Below the pieces are notes generated by a model. It saw nothing but the letters and a program-made list of their open reading frames with translations, made no database searches and had not been told where the DNA came from. A stretch of 63,575 bases of DNA, filler included, from Choristocarpus tenellus KU-1152 (Eukaryota; Protista; Phaeophyceae): NCBI GenBank assembly GCA_964200185.2. It is 12 parts of 12 records of this genome, joined end to end, with 100 filler letters (N's around TTAATTAATTAA, not from the genome) between each part and the next. Parts side by side here need not be neighbours in the genome. Positions count along the whole stretch, not along the records: positions 13,224 to 18,112 come from CAXNAD020012656.1; positions 18,213 to 24,812 come from CAXNAD020007782.1; positions 24,913 to 40,930 come from CAXNAD020000888.1; 9 more parts are not named here. One strand, 5' to 3'. Each line of letters begins with the position of its first letter. Within the stretch, counting starts at the first letter, position 1. A program made the position numbers and the translations under genes. Positions 13,508 to 27,127 of this stretch are shown piece by piece.

Positions 13508-16500
13508 ACTCTCCGGTCTCTGTGCTTGTGGAAGGAATGGGACCATCTAGAGCTCCAGGTTGCCGAAGCTTTGGGAGAGGATTTGAGAAATGGGAAGGAG
13601 CCAGGTCCACAGGGTCTGTACGAGACCAGGCTTACTGGTGAGTGGTAGGGTTGTATAAGAAGTGAATGGCGCAGTGGGTGTAGGTATGAAAGCTGTAGGG
13701 GAGATCGTCTCGTGATGTCACAGGGATTGAGTCAAAGCAACTAAGAGGATAGGGCTGCTTCCATTTGGGGTCATAAATCCAATGTTTCGATTTTGATTAA
13801 TTTTGGCTATCGTGTTTGATAGCAAGCGTCAGTATCCTTGCTCTGGACGCACCTTTCATAGTTGTATACATTTTAGGGTTAGGGTTAGTGTTAGTGTTAG
13901 TGTTCACACAGAAAACCGAAAACGGGCATAAAAAAACCATGGGAAGCCAAGCCCAGAACAGACAAACAGGGCAAAAACTCCCACCCTCTTAAGTGCTTTG
14001 GGCCAATTTACTTTGCTTGATCTTGCCCAGAAGCCCTCTGTAGTGTGGGCACATATCAGCAGCTTGACTGATCACGAAACTAGCGTACCTTGAAGCTGCA
14101 GCCGGGTGATTTCATCCTGTATTGGAGTGGTTGCCACCCATCCCCGTCAAGCAAGGCCGTTCTTATTAGCAGGATGCTACTCAACAATTAAACAAATTGT
14201 GTGTGCCTAAGGCAGTCGCTTTGGTTAGAAAAACGAGTTTGGACTGGACATAAGCGCCTCTCAGACTGCTGGACAATTTTCCCTCATTTCTGGTCAATTC
14301 GAGTCCAAGAGGAAGCAAATTCAGTGCCTTAATTTTCTGAAGGGGTGGTGTAGGAGGACCTCTCTTTGATGGTAGCATCCATTCTACCACTTAAAGCAAT
14401 GTGAGAGTCAAAGTGTATCTTAGAGGGTAGAGTCGCGTCCGTTTGGGGGCTAAAATCCAATGTTGCAATTTTGATATAATTTTGGCTATTGTGTTTGTTA
14501 GGAAGTGTCAATATTTTTGTTCCAGACAAACCTCTTCATAATGTGCACATTTTTTACCTATACTCTGAAACATATCGGAGTATAGGTAAAATGTCATTTA
14601 AAAAAACAAAAAACTTGGGAAACCAAGCCCCAAATGGACAAACGGGGCAAAAGTCGTACCCTCTAAGATACTTTCACTCTGAATAGTGCGTTCATTGATT
14701 TCAACTTTGAATAGTGCGCTCAATCTGGCATTTTCTTCCTCTTACTTAGACCTGGATCGATCAGAGACAATTTTTTCAGGCAAAGACGTTACATTCTAGT
14801 CACATGAGTCCTCAACAGGCGGGTATGGCAGAGGCTTAAAGAGAATTTTTCACCACAGGACCGTTGGTATCGCCTGACCAGGCATCAGGTATACCTGAGC
14901 CCATATCGTCTATGCAATTGTGCCAGCATCAGTGATCTTCTCCTTTCAGGCGTTTTCAATGTATCTGCCCTGCCTTGCTTGCCACACTCAATTTTCTCGC
15001 TCGATGCCTTCGAAGGTGAGCTTTCTCCCTCCCAGCATCTTGCCCTGGCCCGACTTTACTCAATTCGACTGGATCGAATAACACGCCTTCCCAATGTATG
15101 GATGGATAGTGTATGGATGGATAGTGACGGAGAAGGAACTGTGGAATTGGTGGGAGGGCATCTCTCTGTTGCATACTGGAGTTTTGATCTTCGTGACCAC
15201 GCCATGGGTGATCTTGCTCAGGGTGTGATTTGCGGGCACAAGGTAGGTAGGAATTGTTGGGAAGGTGGTGAGAGAGCATCGGAAGGGTGTTGGGCGGTGG
15301 TGTAACTCTACGTAAAAGAAAACAAGATCGGGCACACGATTTGGGTTAGGTGGCAGGGGCATGTTGGGGTTGTTGTGTCAGGCAGGCTGTTGAGGTGGAA
15401 GACCTACTTGATTTGATCATACTTCCGGGTTCTGCAGAGGTTAGGGGAAGGAGTTTTGGAGGGAGTTGAGACTGGAAAGAAGAAAATATATATTGTCTTA
15501 CGCCGTACCTTGCAAAAGATGTGATACACACACACTCATCTTTCTCGCCCTTGTGTTGCCACAGGTTCCTGACCCTTTTGACTTCTGGGATTTGTTTACC
15601 CCTTCATTTGTTCTCAAGAATGAGGTAAAACATTACTGCAGGGACCCAGACACATCTACATTCTAACTTCAATACATTCACTTTCTTTTCAACAGTACTT
15701 CCAAATGCCTCACCCCTAACAATGTCTCTTCTGCATGTCACATTGGGTATACCACTTGGGGATGGTGCACTGTCTGGTATTGTATCATTGCATAGCCCCG
15801 AGGGCGTATCCGCACCATTGCTGCATCGTATGGTCCAAATGATAGATCTCCAGTGCGTAAGAGGCTGGAGAAATGTGTTGACCTTTTCCTGGATGTGGCC
15901 ACATATGGAGACATATCTGCAGCAGAGGCTGTGCAGATGGAAGCACCCTCCATACTCGTGGACCTCATGGGCCACACTACGGGGGCAAGGTAGGTACTTT
16001 GGAGGTGTAACTATGTAGCAGTTGTGTGGTCTAGGGAATCAAGCATAGCCATGGATTAACATGCTTGCCGCAATCAATGGTGCACTGTTTTCAGTCCTCA
16101 TTTGAAATATGAACACATCACATTCCCATTTCCATTTCTTCTTTCTCCCCCCTCCTCCCTTGCCCCATGTGCATACACTATTGGCTTGTTCTGCTTTCTC
16201 TAAGTGCTCTCTTAAGCCTCCACTTACACTTCCATCCATGCTGACACCACATCTTCATGCCTGCTTGCATCGTTATCCCCCCTCCTCATCATCATCTATC
16301 TCACTCTAGAACTATGGATCAGTTCAAGCACAAACCCTTGTCCCATCAACTATTCCTTAAAGCAGGCCTGGTATTGTTGCCCTCAGACCAGCACCCATAG
16401 TCGCGAGCTACCTGGGTTATCCAGGAACAATAGGAGGCAATTATACAGATTATACAATTGCGGACAAGGTGCTCTTTTAACTACATAAGTTATTGTGCTT

Positions 16501-17959
16501 GGTGGAATCCTATTGGGATGATTGAGGTGAAGGTGCTATTTTATTCAGGAGCAGTCATTTCATTGACCAAGTCTGATCTGCCCAATGGTTGCTGGCATTG
16601 CTGATTATGTAGTTGCTTCTGTGGAAATGGTCAATTGTCCTCCTTTTCAGTTTGAGAGTCTGCCTCTGTGTGATACTACTTCCTACTCACTACGGATCAG
16701 GGACAAGTAAGTTGCCATAAATCACAAAATTCGCTTGGTTAACATGCTATTTTCAACATCGTGTTCCTTTGTGGCTCCCTTCTTCAATACTCCAGTCCAT
16801 CTTTCACCCCCCACTGACTGATTTGTCCGAGGCCCTCATCTACCTCAAGCTCTAACCACTTGCGCCCCATCATGTTGTAATCTGTGGAGTACATAAAATC
16901 TTTTGCATTTTTGAATGCCTGTGAACTTGTCTGTACCCTATAGGTGGTTGCACCCCCTGAGCTGGTAGTTGTGGGGTTTTCCGAAACAATGGTCTACCTC
17001 CCTCACAGCTACCAGGCAAATGACTACAATTTCACACATTCCTTTTGTGGGGGAGACCTAGAAATAGATGAGGACACAATAGACCAAACAGTGTTGAGTG
17101 CACAGTCACAAGCAGGGACTGGGGTGTGGGAGAAGGAGGGAGCCAGTGACAGCCAGAAGAGGATTCGCATCCCAAATGTGGGTGGCCAATGCCAAGACTT
17201 CGTCAGGTACAGTGGAGCTTCCAAGAGTAGGTCTGTATGGCGTGGTTCTGTTATACATATATATATATATATATAGCATGATAGTGGCACCTAACATGGC
17301 ACTACAGACAATAGTCTTAGACTCTAAATCTCATGTACTTTAGCTTTTGTAGTTCACTCTCCAAGGACAACATTTGTTGCAACCATGTCAACACCTGTGC
17401 ACTTACTTAGTTGAGCCATGATATCAAGAAGACAAAATACACAGCTGGGTGAGGCATCACGAAACACCTCACTATAAACAAGCGATGTGCGATCGCACTG
17501 CCAACAAAGATCATCACTCTTCTGATAGCTGTCACAGCTCTTTTCGACAGGATTCAGAAAATTTCCAATAAGCGTATGAAAAAAACACACGATATTTACA
17601 CATGTTTTCCGGCATCCTTAAAATGCAACTCTGGATACCTCTTGGTTACTTCGAACCAATGCAATATTCGAAGGCGTTGCTGTGAAGTCTTTGGTAGGAT
17701 TCCTCCTCCCCCCAACATATTTTATGGATTGCCTCCCCCTCATCAGCATGACCCCTACTACACCACCTACACCATTCGCAATACCTTTCAAAACAACCAA
17801 GCTTTTACCTCTCCCTTGCCCTTCCTGAAGCAGGAAAGCACGGGGTCTGGATAGGGTGCTGGACCTCTGGGGTGGGCGTGGTCCAGTGCTGTGCAACTAC
17901 AACAGTATTCACAAGATGGAGCCAGTGTCTTTCACTGTATTCATGGATGTGCTGCGGAG
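13508..17959 (+). CDS. O-GlcNAc transferase-like protein (GT41 catalytic region), partial; exons 13508-13637, 14951-15242, [15565-15624 optional], 15796-15989, 16366-16468, 16944-17206, 17834-17959
   Basis: Spliced motifs [103 protein letters not shown] match OGT/SEC. Phases are consistent. Confidence 0.9.
13729..14004. mobile_element. Degenerate MITE family B copy in a GT41-gene intron, centre replaced by TTAGGG/TTAGTG repeats
   Basis: Aligns by eye to 14405-14679. Ends GAGTCAAAG...CTTTGGGCC; flanks GATT/AATT. Confidence 0.7.
14405..14679. mobile_element. MITE family B, complete (275 bp)
   Basis: TIRs GAGTCAAAGTGTATCTTAGAGGGTA / TACCCTCTAAGATACTTTCACTC; flanked by TGA on both sides. Confidence 0.9.
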
Positions 17960-18382
17960 GTGCCGATTTGAAGGGTTGTTTGTGGAGAGCTGGGAGACAC
18001 TTGCAAGAGCTATTACTTCTCAATCTCCTGGTCCCTAAGGGCTGAATGTGGGGGAGGGGGGGAGGGGGTAGTGGGGATGTTGTGTTGCCAGATGGTAGAT
18101 AACGTCCTCAGGNNNNNNNNNNNNNNNNNNNNNNNNNNNNNNNNNNNNNNNNNNNNTTAATTAATTAANNNNNNNNNNNNNNNNNNNNNNNNNNNNNNNN
18201 NNNNNNNNNNNNCCTAAGACTTTCTCATTGGCCACACATATGTACAACCCGGGTCTCAGCCCCAGATGTATCATCCCCCCCTCCCCACCTCCTGAGTAGC
18301 ATTAAACAGCAAAACATCCCACGTACTATTTAAGCACCACTATCAATCAATCCTGCCACAGTCTCTAATCATGCATATGTAC

Positions 18383-19925
18383 CTTAAGCTGCACAACTAG
18401 CTGCCCTAGCTTGATGAGTTCAGCCTTTTCTTCTGCTGCAGTTTCCCCAGCAGATTTCTTTTCCTTTTCCCAGCGACTCCAAGCGAGTTCTCCCTCTTCC
18501 TTCACACGCGCCTGACGCTTCTGTCCGTCCAAGACCCTGTGAAAGGTCATTGGCAAACCTTACTTAGTTCAAAATCAAAGGTCCCGACAACTTGGAAGGA
18601 GGATGACAGGTGTTACAGCAGTTTCTACCAGTTTACTACAGCTATTCTAGCAAAATACAGGCAAATAATTTGAGTGGGGGCCAATGCTGGTATTTGATGT
18701 AGTATCAATTGTGTCGTGGGAGTGTCAGCCCCCACTTGATTTCTTGACAGATGGCGCTTTGCGCCTTGCTCCTATGACCCCTCAAGCTCTGCCGTAGCAG
18801 CTTTTGCGCAACAATGGCCAGTCAGTCTGTAGGCTATCTATTTCTGAGTGCAAGCCACTGAGGCATACAGATCAAAGGAATATCAGGAAAACACACAACC
18901 CAATGACGAGTGGGGTGGAGTCTGCAATGGTGTAGTGATCACATGGCACTACCGGCCCTTGCCTTAAGTACGAAACCACCGCTTCGCGCTGCACCATGTC
19001 GATCATTGCTTGACAGCCTCCCGAGTCACACGCAGCGACTGCATCTCCTACCAGATTGATCTCATCGCTTCCATCACAGCAGTCGCATACCCCTGGCACC
19101 GCAACGTATTCGTACGGTGAACTGGAGACTGAAATTCAATAGAAGGCTCAGAGTCTACCCTGAGGTATGAATAACTATTTTCAAACCGCAGTACATCTCC
19201 AACCCCAAGGTGGCATGCATGGTGAAGGAAGCTTTTGACGGGGTCGAGAGGAAATGGACTCACCGTCCCACACCCTTGATGAAGGTATCTCCTGGCCTAA
19301 AGGTCCCGAACCAATGCATCTGAATCTGTTCAAGTCACGAAAATTAATTTGTAAATCATGGGGATGCGAAGGAGGAGCGTCAGAGAGAAGACAAGTCCCA
19401 GGGAAAGCATGTGCTAGCACGGGACCTGGTCTGCCGGTGGGCTCAGGTTTTGCCTTGTTGCCTCCCTGCCAAACGAGATTCCCTCCCATTCACACAATGA
19501 CTTCTCTCTTTTAACCTTGTCCCAGTGTGAGAGCATGCAGGAGTGAGCGTCTCATCATGTCCATCGCTGCAATCACAATAGTCATCGTTCACCTGCAACA
19601 ATCACATTATTATATTCGAGAGTACTGGATAGTTGATACTGGGGATGCTGTTTTCCATCTCATTGCAAGCATTTAAGGCACCAACCCAATAGTACCTACT
19701 TTCCCTACTTTCTAAGGAATACTAAAAACGGGTCAGGAGGGAAGAGAGGTACAAACGAGACGGGATGGGTAACTGGTGAAGAGGGGAATGGGTCAGAGAA
19801 GATATGCTCACCCAAGATGGGTCGATCGAGGTAGCTCCCTCGTCGCAAGTGAAGGTGGAAACCCCCAGCCCGCAAGCGAGGGGAACACCAAATAGAAGGA
19901 TGTTCACAATATACCATGGTTGCAT
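18383..19925 (-). CDS. Glucosidase II beta subunit (PRKCSH)-like protein, 3'-partial; exons 19925-19812, 19592-19516, 19325-19264, 19092-18963, 18536-18383
   Basis: Signal peptide, then FTCDEGATSIDPSWVNDDYCDCSDGHDE...ACS...FRC...IPSSRVWDGVCDCCDGSDE, then a coiled coil. Intron 4 needs a GC donor (AG|gcaagg). Confidence 0.88.
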
Positions 19926-20157
19926 GAGAACTTGATCTAACGATCTGATCTAGGTAGGCAGTCTGTCTACCGACAGAGATGAACTATGATTGATATATGA
20001 TCCATGAGAGAAGAACCTTGAATAAAACCTTTTTTTATTCTGACATTCAAATATCTCCAGAATTTCAACATTTCTACCCACACCCATCGAACAAAGTGAG
20101 TAGAGACAGTACCCGTGAACCACACTATTTTCTAGAAAGAGATCTGAAACCAGAAAC

Positions 20158-22737
20158 ATGAATGAGATAATTGATTGTGCAGTGGAGAAGGCTTGCGATC
20201 CTGCATCGGTCCAGGTCTTCCCTGCGACAGAGAGATTGTACTTTATCGACACCTACTTAACTTGTGCAGGTGATGGTTGTGAGGTACCTCACCCCAATAT
20301 CCTGAAACAGCAGCCTTTGCCATCATCGTTGTTCCATATGTACTAATACTTTTCCCGCGTTTCTCGCTCCGTCTCAGAGTCAAATTTACTCGGGGTCTTG
20401 CATGATCCGTCCGAAGGGATGGCCCTGGTGCTGGATAGGACCATATTCCACCCTCAGGGAGGGGGGCAGCCGAGCGACTCTGGTGTGTGGTTGCTGTACA
20501 TACTGGACTATTCAGTAATGTGTAGGTGCTTGGATAAATCTTTACGCTTCGGGATACCACATCACATTCTGGATAGGACCTTATTCCACCCCCAGGGAGG
20601 GGGGCAGCCGAGCGACTCTGGTGTTTGGATATTGTTTAACGCTTTGCGATACCACATCACATTCCTCCTGTACTCGATATTCCGTCAGTGCTCCCTGGAA
20701 TGCTCAACCGCCGCTTTTGGATTGCTTTGCCCACATTATCCCTTGACGGTCATACCCTTGCATAATGTGGTCTTGTAGGAGAGATCATCTGTGGACCAGT
20801 GTCGATGAAGGTGGATATGGTTCGTGACGTCGGTGGAGTCATTCACCACTTCGTATCTCGATCAGGAGAAGAGCCACAGGTGGGCTTTATACCTGTGGAT
20901 GTGCTTTGGAGAATCGTACGAGGAGAACACAGAGGGTCGAAGGGGGGCGCAGGAGCCTCATTCGCCCAAAGTCTGTAGAAATTTGTAGAAGTCTTCCTTG
21001 TCAACTACAAGGGACCACCTCACATGGGACGTGAAACAACAATGAGATGCAATCTTCATCCTGAGACAGGTGGTGATATACTTACTGAAGGGTTGGGAGA
21101 AACTCTCAATCAGTTGCCAAGAAGAAATAAGAACCGTCCCTTAATTCCCTGTTCAAGATGCAAAGGACTCACAAGTCTCCGAGTATTCCACGCAGATATA
21201 ACCTAATGCATAGCATCCCCTGGCCTTCTACAGATATAACCAACCTCACATAGCATCTCCAACATCTTCTAGATTCTTAACCCAGATCTCATCTCCTCCC
21301 CTCCCTTCATCCTCCACCACACCCTACATCGCCATTCCCCTGACCAAATCTATCGACCTATTGACATAAGAATAATTATCACTGACGTACTCCCAATGCT
21401 CGCTAACCACTAACCTTCATACTATACACGCCTTGAGTGCTCCTCCAAACAAGTGGCCTCTACGCAAGTGGCCTGAAAAAGATGCCCTAGAAACAGCTCA
21501 GATGTATACTCAAATCATCACCGTGTATCTTTTCATTGCTGTTGCCCCATGCACATGGACGGACGGACTAGGCGGGAGAGTCGGTCACCCTATCAGTAGA
21601 CCTAGCCAAGCGGGAGCTGCACGCGCTCTTGCACTCTGCAGGACATGCTATTGACGTGGCAGTGAGAGCTGTGGTTGGGAGTTGCCTGATACCCCAGAAG
21701 GGTTATCACTTCACCCCTGGGGCGTATGTGGAGTACCTGGGATCCCTACCAGAGGACATGACAAAGGATTGCTTTGTTGAAATGGTATGACAATGTGTCT
21801 GCTCGAATGTGTACACAAATGTGTTTGTTGATGCTGTGGGATGCGGTTGTTGTATTTCCTGCCCCTCCAAACATGTGATCATGTGAACACTAGGCAAGTA
21901 AGGTTAACATTGTTTTTGCAGGTATGGGGACTGTTTGGACTGCTTCAGTGCTCGTGCACTCTTGTCTTTGCTGTGCAAGTCTCCCATGCAACCTACGAAA
22001 TGCTCGTTTGTGTAAGGCTAAGGGCTTAGTATGTTGATGTAGATGCATTCTTCAAGACCTGCAACCGCTACTACATTCTTCTTGTCTGTGGTATACCAAA
22101 GAATATGTTATAGTGCAGAAATCTCGCCACATCCTCCTTCATCCATAAACCCCTTGGACTGATGATTAACAAGAGCAATACAATATATATATCTGCTCCT
22201 TCACAGTGATTCGCTTGTGCAGATACCAGAAATTTGCTAGAATGGTCAGTCAATCCTTCCCATCATATATTGACCATAACCAGTTTTTTCGTGGCAGCAG
22301 CAAAGGAGTTCCTATTGATGGTCAGGCCTATGCTACCCTCAACGCCTCCCCCCAACCACCACACACCTGCAGACACTAGGTACTATCTAACACGGTCTGT
22401 CTTCACGCTCGACAGGATATTGTCGGTCATGGATGAGACTAGACTAGTGCTGACAGTAGTCTCTCCATCTTCCTCCCCTAGATAGTTCTGAGTCCCACCA
22501 ATACAACTGGATTCCAATGCAGTAATGGTACGCGAAACTCTACCAATCCGGCTTTACTCCCTACTCTTCATATGCTCTCCTGCCTGCCGACTACTCTTCA
22601 TATGCGCTCCTGCTCTCTCATGCGGTTGCTTTGGGGATGGGGGGCATGGGGGGGCATTCGTCCATACTCAGGTGAATGTGGAGCTGGATAGGTTGATTGC
22701 TGAGGACATCAAGACCACCGTGGACATGAGGCAAAAG
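20158..22737 (+). CDS. alaX: Free-standing alanyl-tRNA editing protein (AlaX-M type), 3'-partial; exons 20158-20269, 20378-20482, 20779-20879, 21572-21784, 22672-~22737
   Basis: TERLYFIDTY, LVLDRTIFHPQGGGQPSDSG, VIHHF, HSAGHAID (HxxxH zinc ligands), KGYHFTPGAYVEY. The C-terminal CGGTHV exon was not found. Confidence 0.85.
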
Positions 22738-24761
22738 GCAAGCCTACTAAAGTGCAGGTTGATTTGGACTGGAAACCTTTTCTGTGTGTGTGTGTGTACG
22801 TGTGTTAGTGTTAGTGTTGCAACAGGGGTAGTGATTGTCGATCATGGTATTATTTTCTTTTTTTGTTGTGTGATACTGCCGCATACATGGTCAGGCGTTT
22901 TTTTTTTTTTTTTTTTTTTTTTTTTTGTGTTTTTTTTTCTTTTTTTTTTTTTGGCCCCTTTAATTTGTGTGTTTCTGGTTTCTTACTGTCTTTTTTTTTN
23001 NNNNNNNNNTGTCTTTTTTGGTTTTTTTTTTTTTTTTTTTTGTGTGTTTTTGCCGTATAGAGGGGGGGGTTTTTTTTTTTTTTTTTTTGTGACTTTATAG
23101 TGTATTGACTCACTGCGATTGATACGCCACTGTAAATGGTGCTGTACACGGTTTCAAACTGCCGATTTTTCGGTATCTCCTTTGTGGAGATGGTGATGAG
23201 TTTGTACACGCTAGTGAAGTTGAAGAAGCTGGTTTACAACAGCTACAGATGATGGCCAAAACGCGATACTTAAAATTGCTGAAAACAAAGTCTCTTCCGT
23301 ATCCTTACACTACACTGCTCAAGAGTGTTCTTACAACTTCGACTTGATTTCATTTCATTTGATCGGCTGTGAAATATTGTCGTTGTTGGTATCCATTGGC
23401 AGTCGTCTAGGACCATCTGAATCACTTGCCAACTCTGGTACACCTTGAGGAGTGATACATACCATACCGTCTAAGAGGGGAATGTCAATCATATCTGAGG
23501 GCCCTTATGACAGACTGACAGCTTCAGGTAACCCAAGTTTTGACCACTATCACTGTGGAGCAATAAAAATCGACTTTTGGCTTATTTGACAGCTAAACAG
23601 CATGTAGGTACCTACCAAATACTTGGGATTCTTTTTTAATGCTAATGTGCTGTAAAATCAGTTTTTTTTTACCCCGACTCAATTTTTTTGGACTACAATA
23701 TTATTCTGTACCTCTTTTGCGTTCTTATCGGGTGTGAGAGGGTGCCTCAAGAAGGCATAGGTCTATTCTGTGAGAGGTAGAGGGTTGTCCTGGCGGGGTG
23801 TGACAAAGCTGTTACGCTTGCAAACAATAATATATATATAAATTAGAAAGCTGGCATCTTCCACTGAGCTTTTTTTATTATCTGTCATTCATCTTTTGCA
23901 ACTGCAAGAAAAAAAAATCTTCTTATTCAGTAGAGTCGGTAGCAGTAGGATAGGAGTCTCTTCGTGTCGAACACTATTTGCTGGCTCTTTGATATTTAAA
24001 AAAAAAAAAAAGAAGAGATATTGGCACTGTTTCTTCTGTCCTTTGAGCAAAGTATGGCGTGTAGGCAAGGAGGGATTCTTATCGACCACAAAAAATAATA
24101 CTATAACCCAGGTGGAATTCTTGTGATGAGCTACAGAAGATTACAGGAAATTTCTGTCGCAAGGAAGGGGGGGGGGGGAAATGCTACTACTACTGTACTC
24201 TGCAGTAGAGTTTCTATCATATTTTTTTTATAGTAGGAACTGAAAGATCAGCCGTGTTTTGAAATGATTAAAATAATATAAATATTTTGGAATATTTTTT
24301 TTACTGTCTGTTGTTCTAGATGCCGAAGGTTTTACAATATTATTTCTGAAAAAACAATTGTAACACTGAGTTCGAGTTGTATTTTTATTTTTGCTTGCGT
24401 TTGTGTGTTGAAGTTTTTTTTATTTTTTCCCAGTTCATCCATGGATGTGTGAAGGAACAAGAAGTAATAATCTTCCAATATCTGCTTCCTTCTTGTTCAG
24501 CTAGCACTACTCAGCCTGTGTTTAAATTGAGTTGAAGTTGACACTACTTTTCAAATCGTATGAATGTCCATTACTGTCTCTCTGAATTCACAGCTCAACA
24601 ACGATTTCCTTTCCTTTCATTCCCCAGTTTTATGTATCTGTGTTTTTATTATTATCAACACTTTCAAATTCAAGGAGTGAAGTCAACATGGAGATAATAT
24701 TCACTGAAACAACAACAATCACCCTTTTTAGGAGGGTTGGGGGGGGGGGGGGGGGGGGGGG

Positions 24762-24792
<31 letters not shown>

Positions 24793-27127
24793 GGGAAAAC
24801 AAAAAAAAAGAANNNNNNNNNNNNNNNNNNNNNNNNNNNNNNNNNNNNNNNNNNNNTTAATTAATTAANNNNNNNNNNNNNNNNNNNNNNNNNNNNNNNN
24901 NNNNNNNNNNNNCAGGTGCCCCCACAGTACCCCCCCCCTCGCTCCCCCAACTTGTCAGCTCTCTGGCCACATTCCTCCCGAATTCCCTAACCTTCCACCA
25001 ACCCATCTCATGTCACCCAACTCGACCAACTCATCACTTTGTAAAAACTATTTATCACACCAGCGTGGAGAAAGGAATAGTGTACCTCGTATCAACATGA
25101 AACATAGAACGTGAATATACCACTGAATTGACAGGTGCTTGATTGCGATGCTGACCACAATCGCACAGAAATATGAAGGGTTCAAAAATAAATTTCCAAG
25201 AATATTCGTGGCCAGCAACACGCATAATTGCCATGCATGGATGATGCTCATCACAATGCAGTTGTGTGATTGGCCGATCCAGACCATTGTTGCTAATGAG
25301 TATGCGACTGCACAATTTAAAGTGAGCAATGTACACAATTAATGTGAGCTGTACCGTGGCAAGTAGTACACTGACTTCCAAGCCTTGTAAGCACCAAAAC
25401 ATACACTGTCTATCAATACATCATCTATCCTATGACGTGTGCACCATCCTAAGATAACATCAATTGTATATTTAGGGTTAGGTCAAGTGGATGATTTACA
25501 CCGCACAAGAAAAAACCAAAATGACAAAGCAATGGCACTCTTAACAGCTTTTACTCAACAACATGGATTTGTTAAGAATCCTTCGGGAAAGGTGCTTAAG
25601 ACTTTTGCATGTACTGCAGTGACATCACACTGGTTCCTGTGTTCAATTACTCAAACCCTGAAACAGTAACTTGGTCCACAAAATGATCAAACATCAACTC
25701 TGGAGTACTGAAGAATATAATCCACAGAATGAGTTTCTTCACTCAGTTTCAGAGAGCTCTATGTTTCAGCAACATCAAACAGAATGCACAAAAATTTCCC
25801 ACTCATGATTCACGCTCAAAACTTCATTCATTTCGCACATACTGCTTCTGAGGTACTATCACACATGATAGGAGCAATAGTGAACACAGCAAAAACGCTG
25901 TTGTTAAGAGGTATTGGAAAATATTCGCACATGGCATCTCTTGTGCAATGAGCAAACCCTTCCACAACACAACAGAAACATAACAGAAGGTAAATGGATG
26001 GTAGCACCAACCTATCATAGAATATCAACAGGTAATTTATGTTACCAGTGCATCTGGAAGGAACCGCATTTGAGCTATCTACAGTGGCACCATCAGTCAC
26101 ACTACACAATCTACTAATATATCAATCAACAGCAGTGCAGTGTAATAATATCTTACACCATGGTCTACAACCCCTTACAGTGGTCAGTGTCACCCTGGGA
26201 ATTACAGAAGTGTGTGATTTCACTTGACCCCTTTCCCTACAGGTGTATGTACATGCACTGCATTCAGTTCAACCCTGTATATTAAGTCAACCAATAAGCA
26301 GATGTATCGGCACATGTCCAAACTATGAGATGAAAAACGAGGTGGATGAGCACCCTCCTGAGTCGTGCCAGTCGTATGAACATATACTAACAAGATTTCG
26401 CTCCTAATCTAGCCCCCCAAAACTGGTCTTGGTGAAAGTACATTAGGCCTAGACCGCCAAAGTACATTACAGCACAATACTAAATTGGTTCCACACCTCC
26501 TCCACCTGTTGGGAGTGCATCTCTTAAAGAACAGCAGACATGTGTTTCATCCCCTTCAGACTGATAGTAATCAAATGAACGGATACTTTAAATAAGTAAT
26601 AGACAGAACTCTCCTGAGAGAGTCAGGAATAGTTTTACTTCTGTACCTACTGGAACTTGCAACAAAAGGCATACGGATGTGCACCACATCAACTCTTTCT
26701 AGCACACAAGCAATGTAATCGAGCCAAAAACTTGGGCATACTCTGGTGTATGACACCAACTTCACGACATCTACAGCACAGATGATTATTGACACAATGT
26801 GCTCTCTACACACCAGTACAAGGGCAGCACCAAATACAGTACAAGGACAATGCAGCTATACCACAGGGTGAGCCCCAAACACAGTCTGCATTAAGGCAAG
26901 CACACCGCAAAGAGTACCTCCACTAGACCACAATGTCACAAACACAATGAGAATGAAAAACATAATGTCTTTTGTTGAAGAAAGTGTCTCCCTTCTACTG
27001 GTGCAATTCCGGTTCCACCATAGGAATACTTTAATGTGTGTCATATACATTGTTCAGAGTCTCTACCTTATGTGATACATCTCTACTTGCATCATTTCCC
27101 ACAAATTCTTCCACAAACTCCACCCAC

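Noticed and set aside
6259-19925. Apparent ER/glycosylation gene cluster (Canopy-like, GT41, PRKCSH-like)
   Set aside because: The genes are on different contigs joined artificially.
22850-23100. Poly-Phe/poly-Lys ORFs
   Set aside because: Low-quality homopolymer sequence around a 10-N gap.
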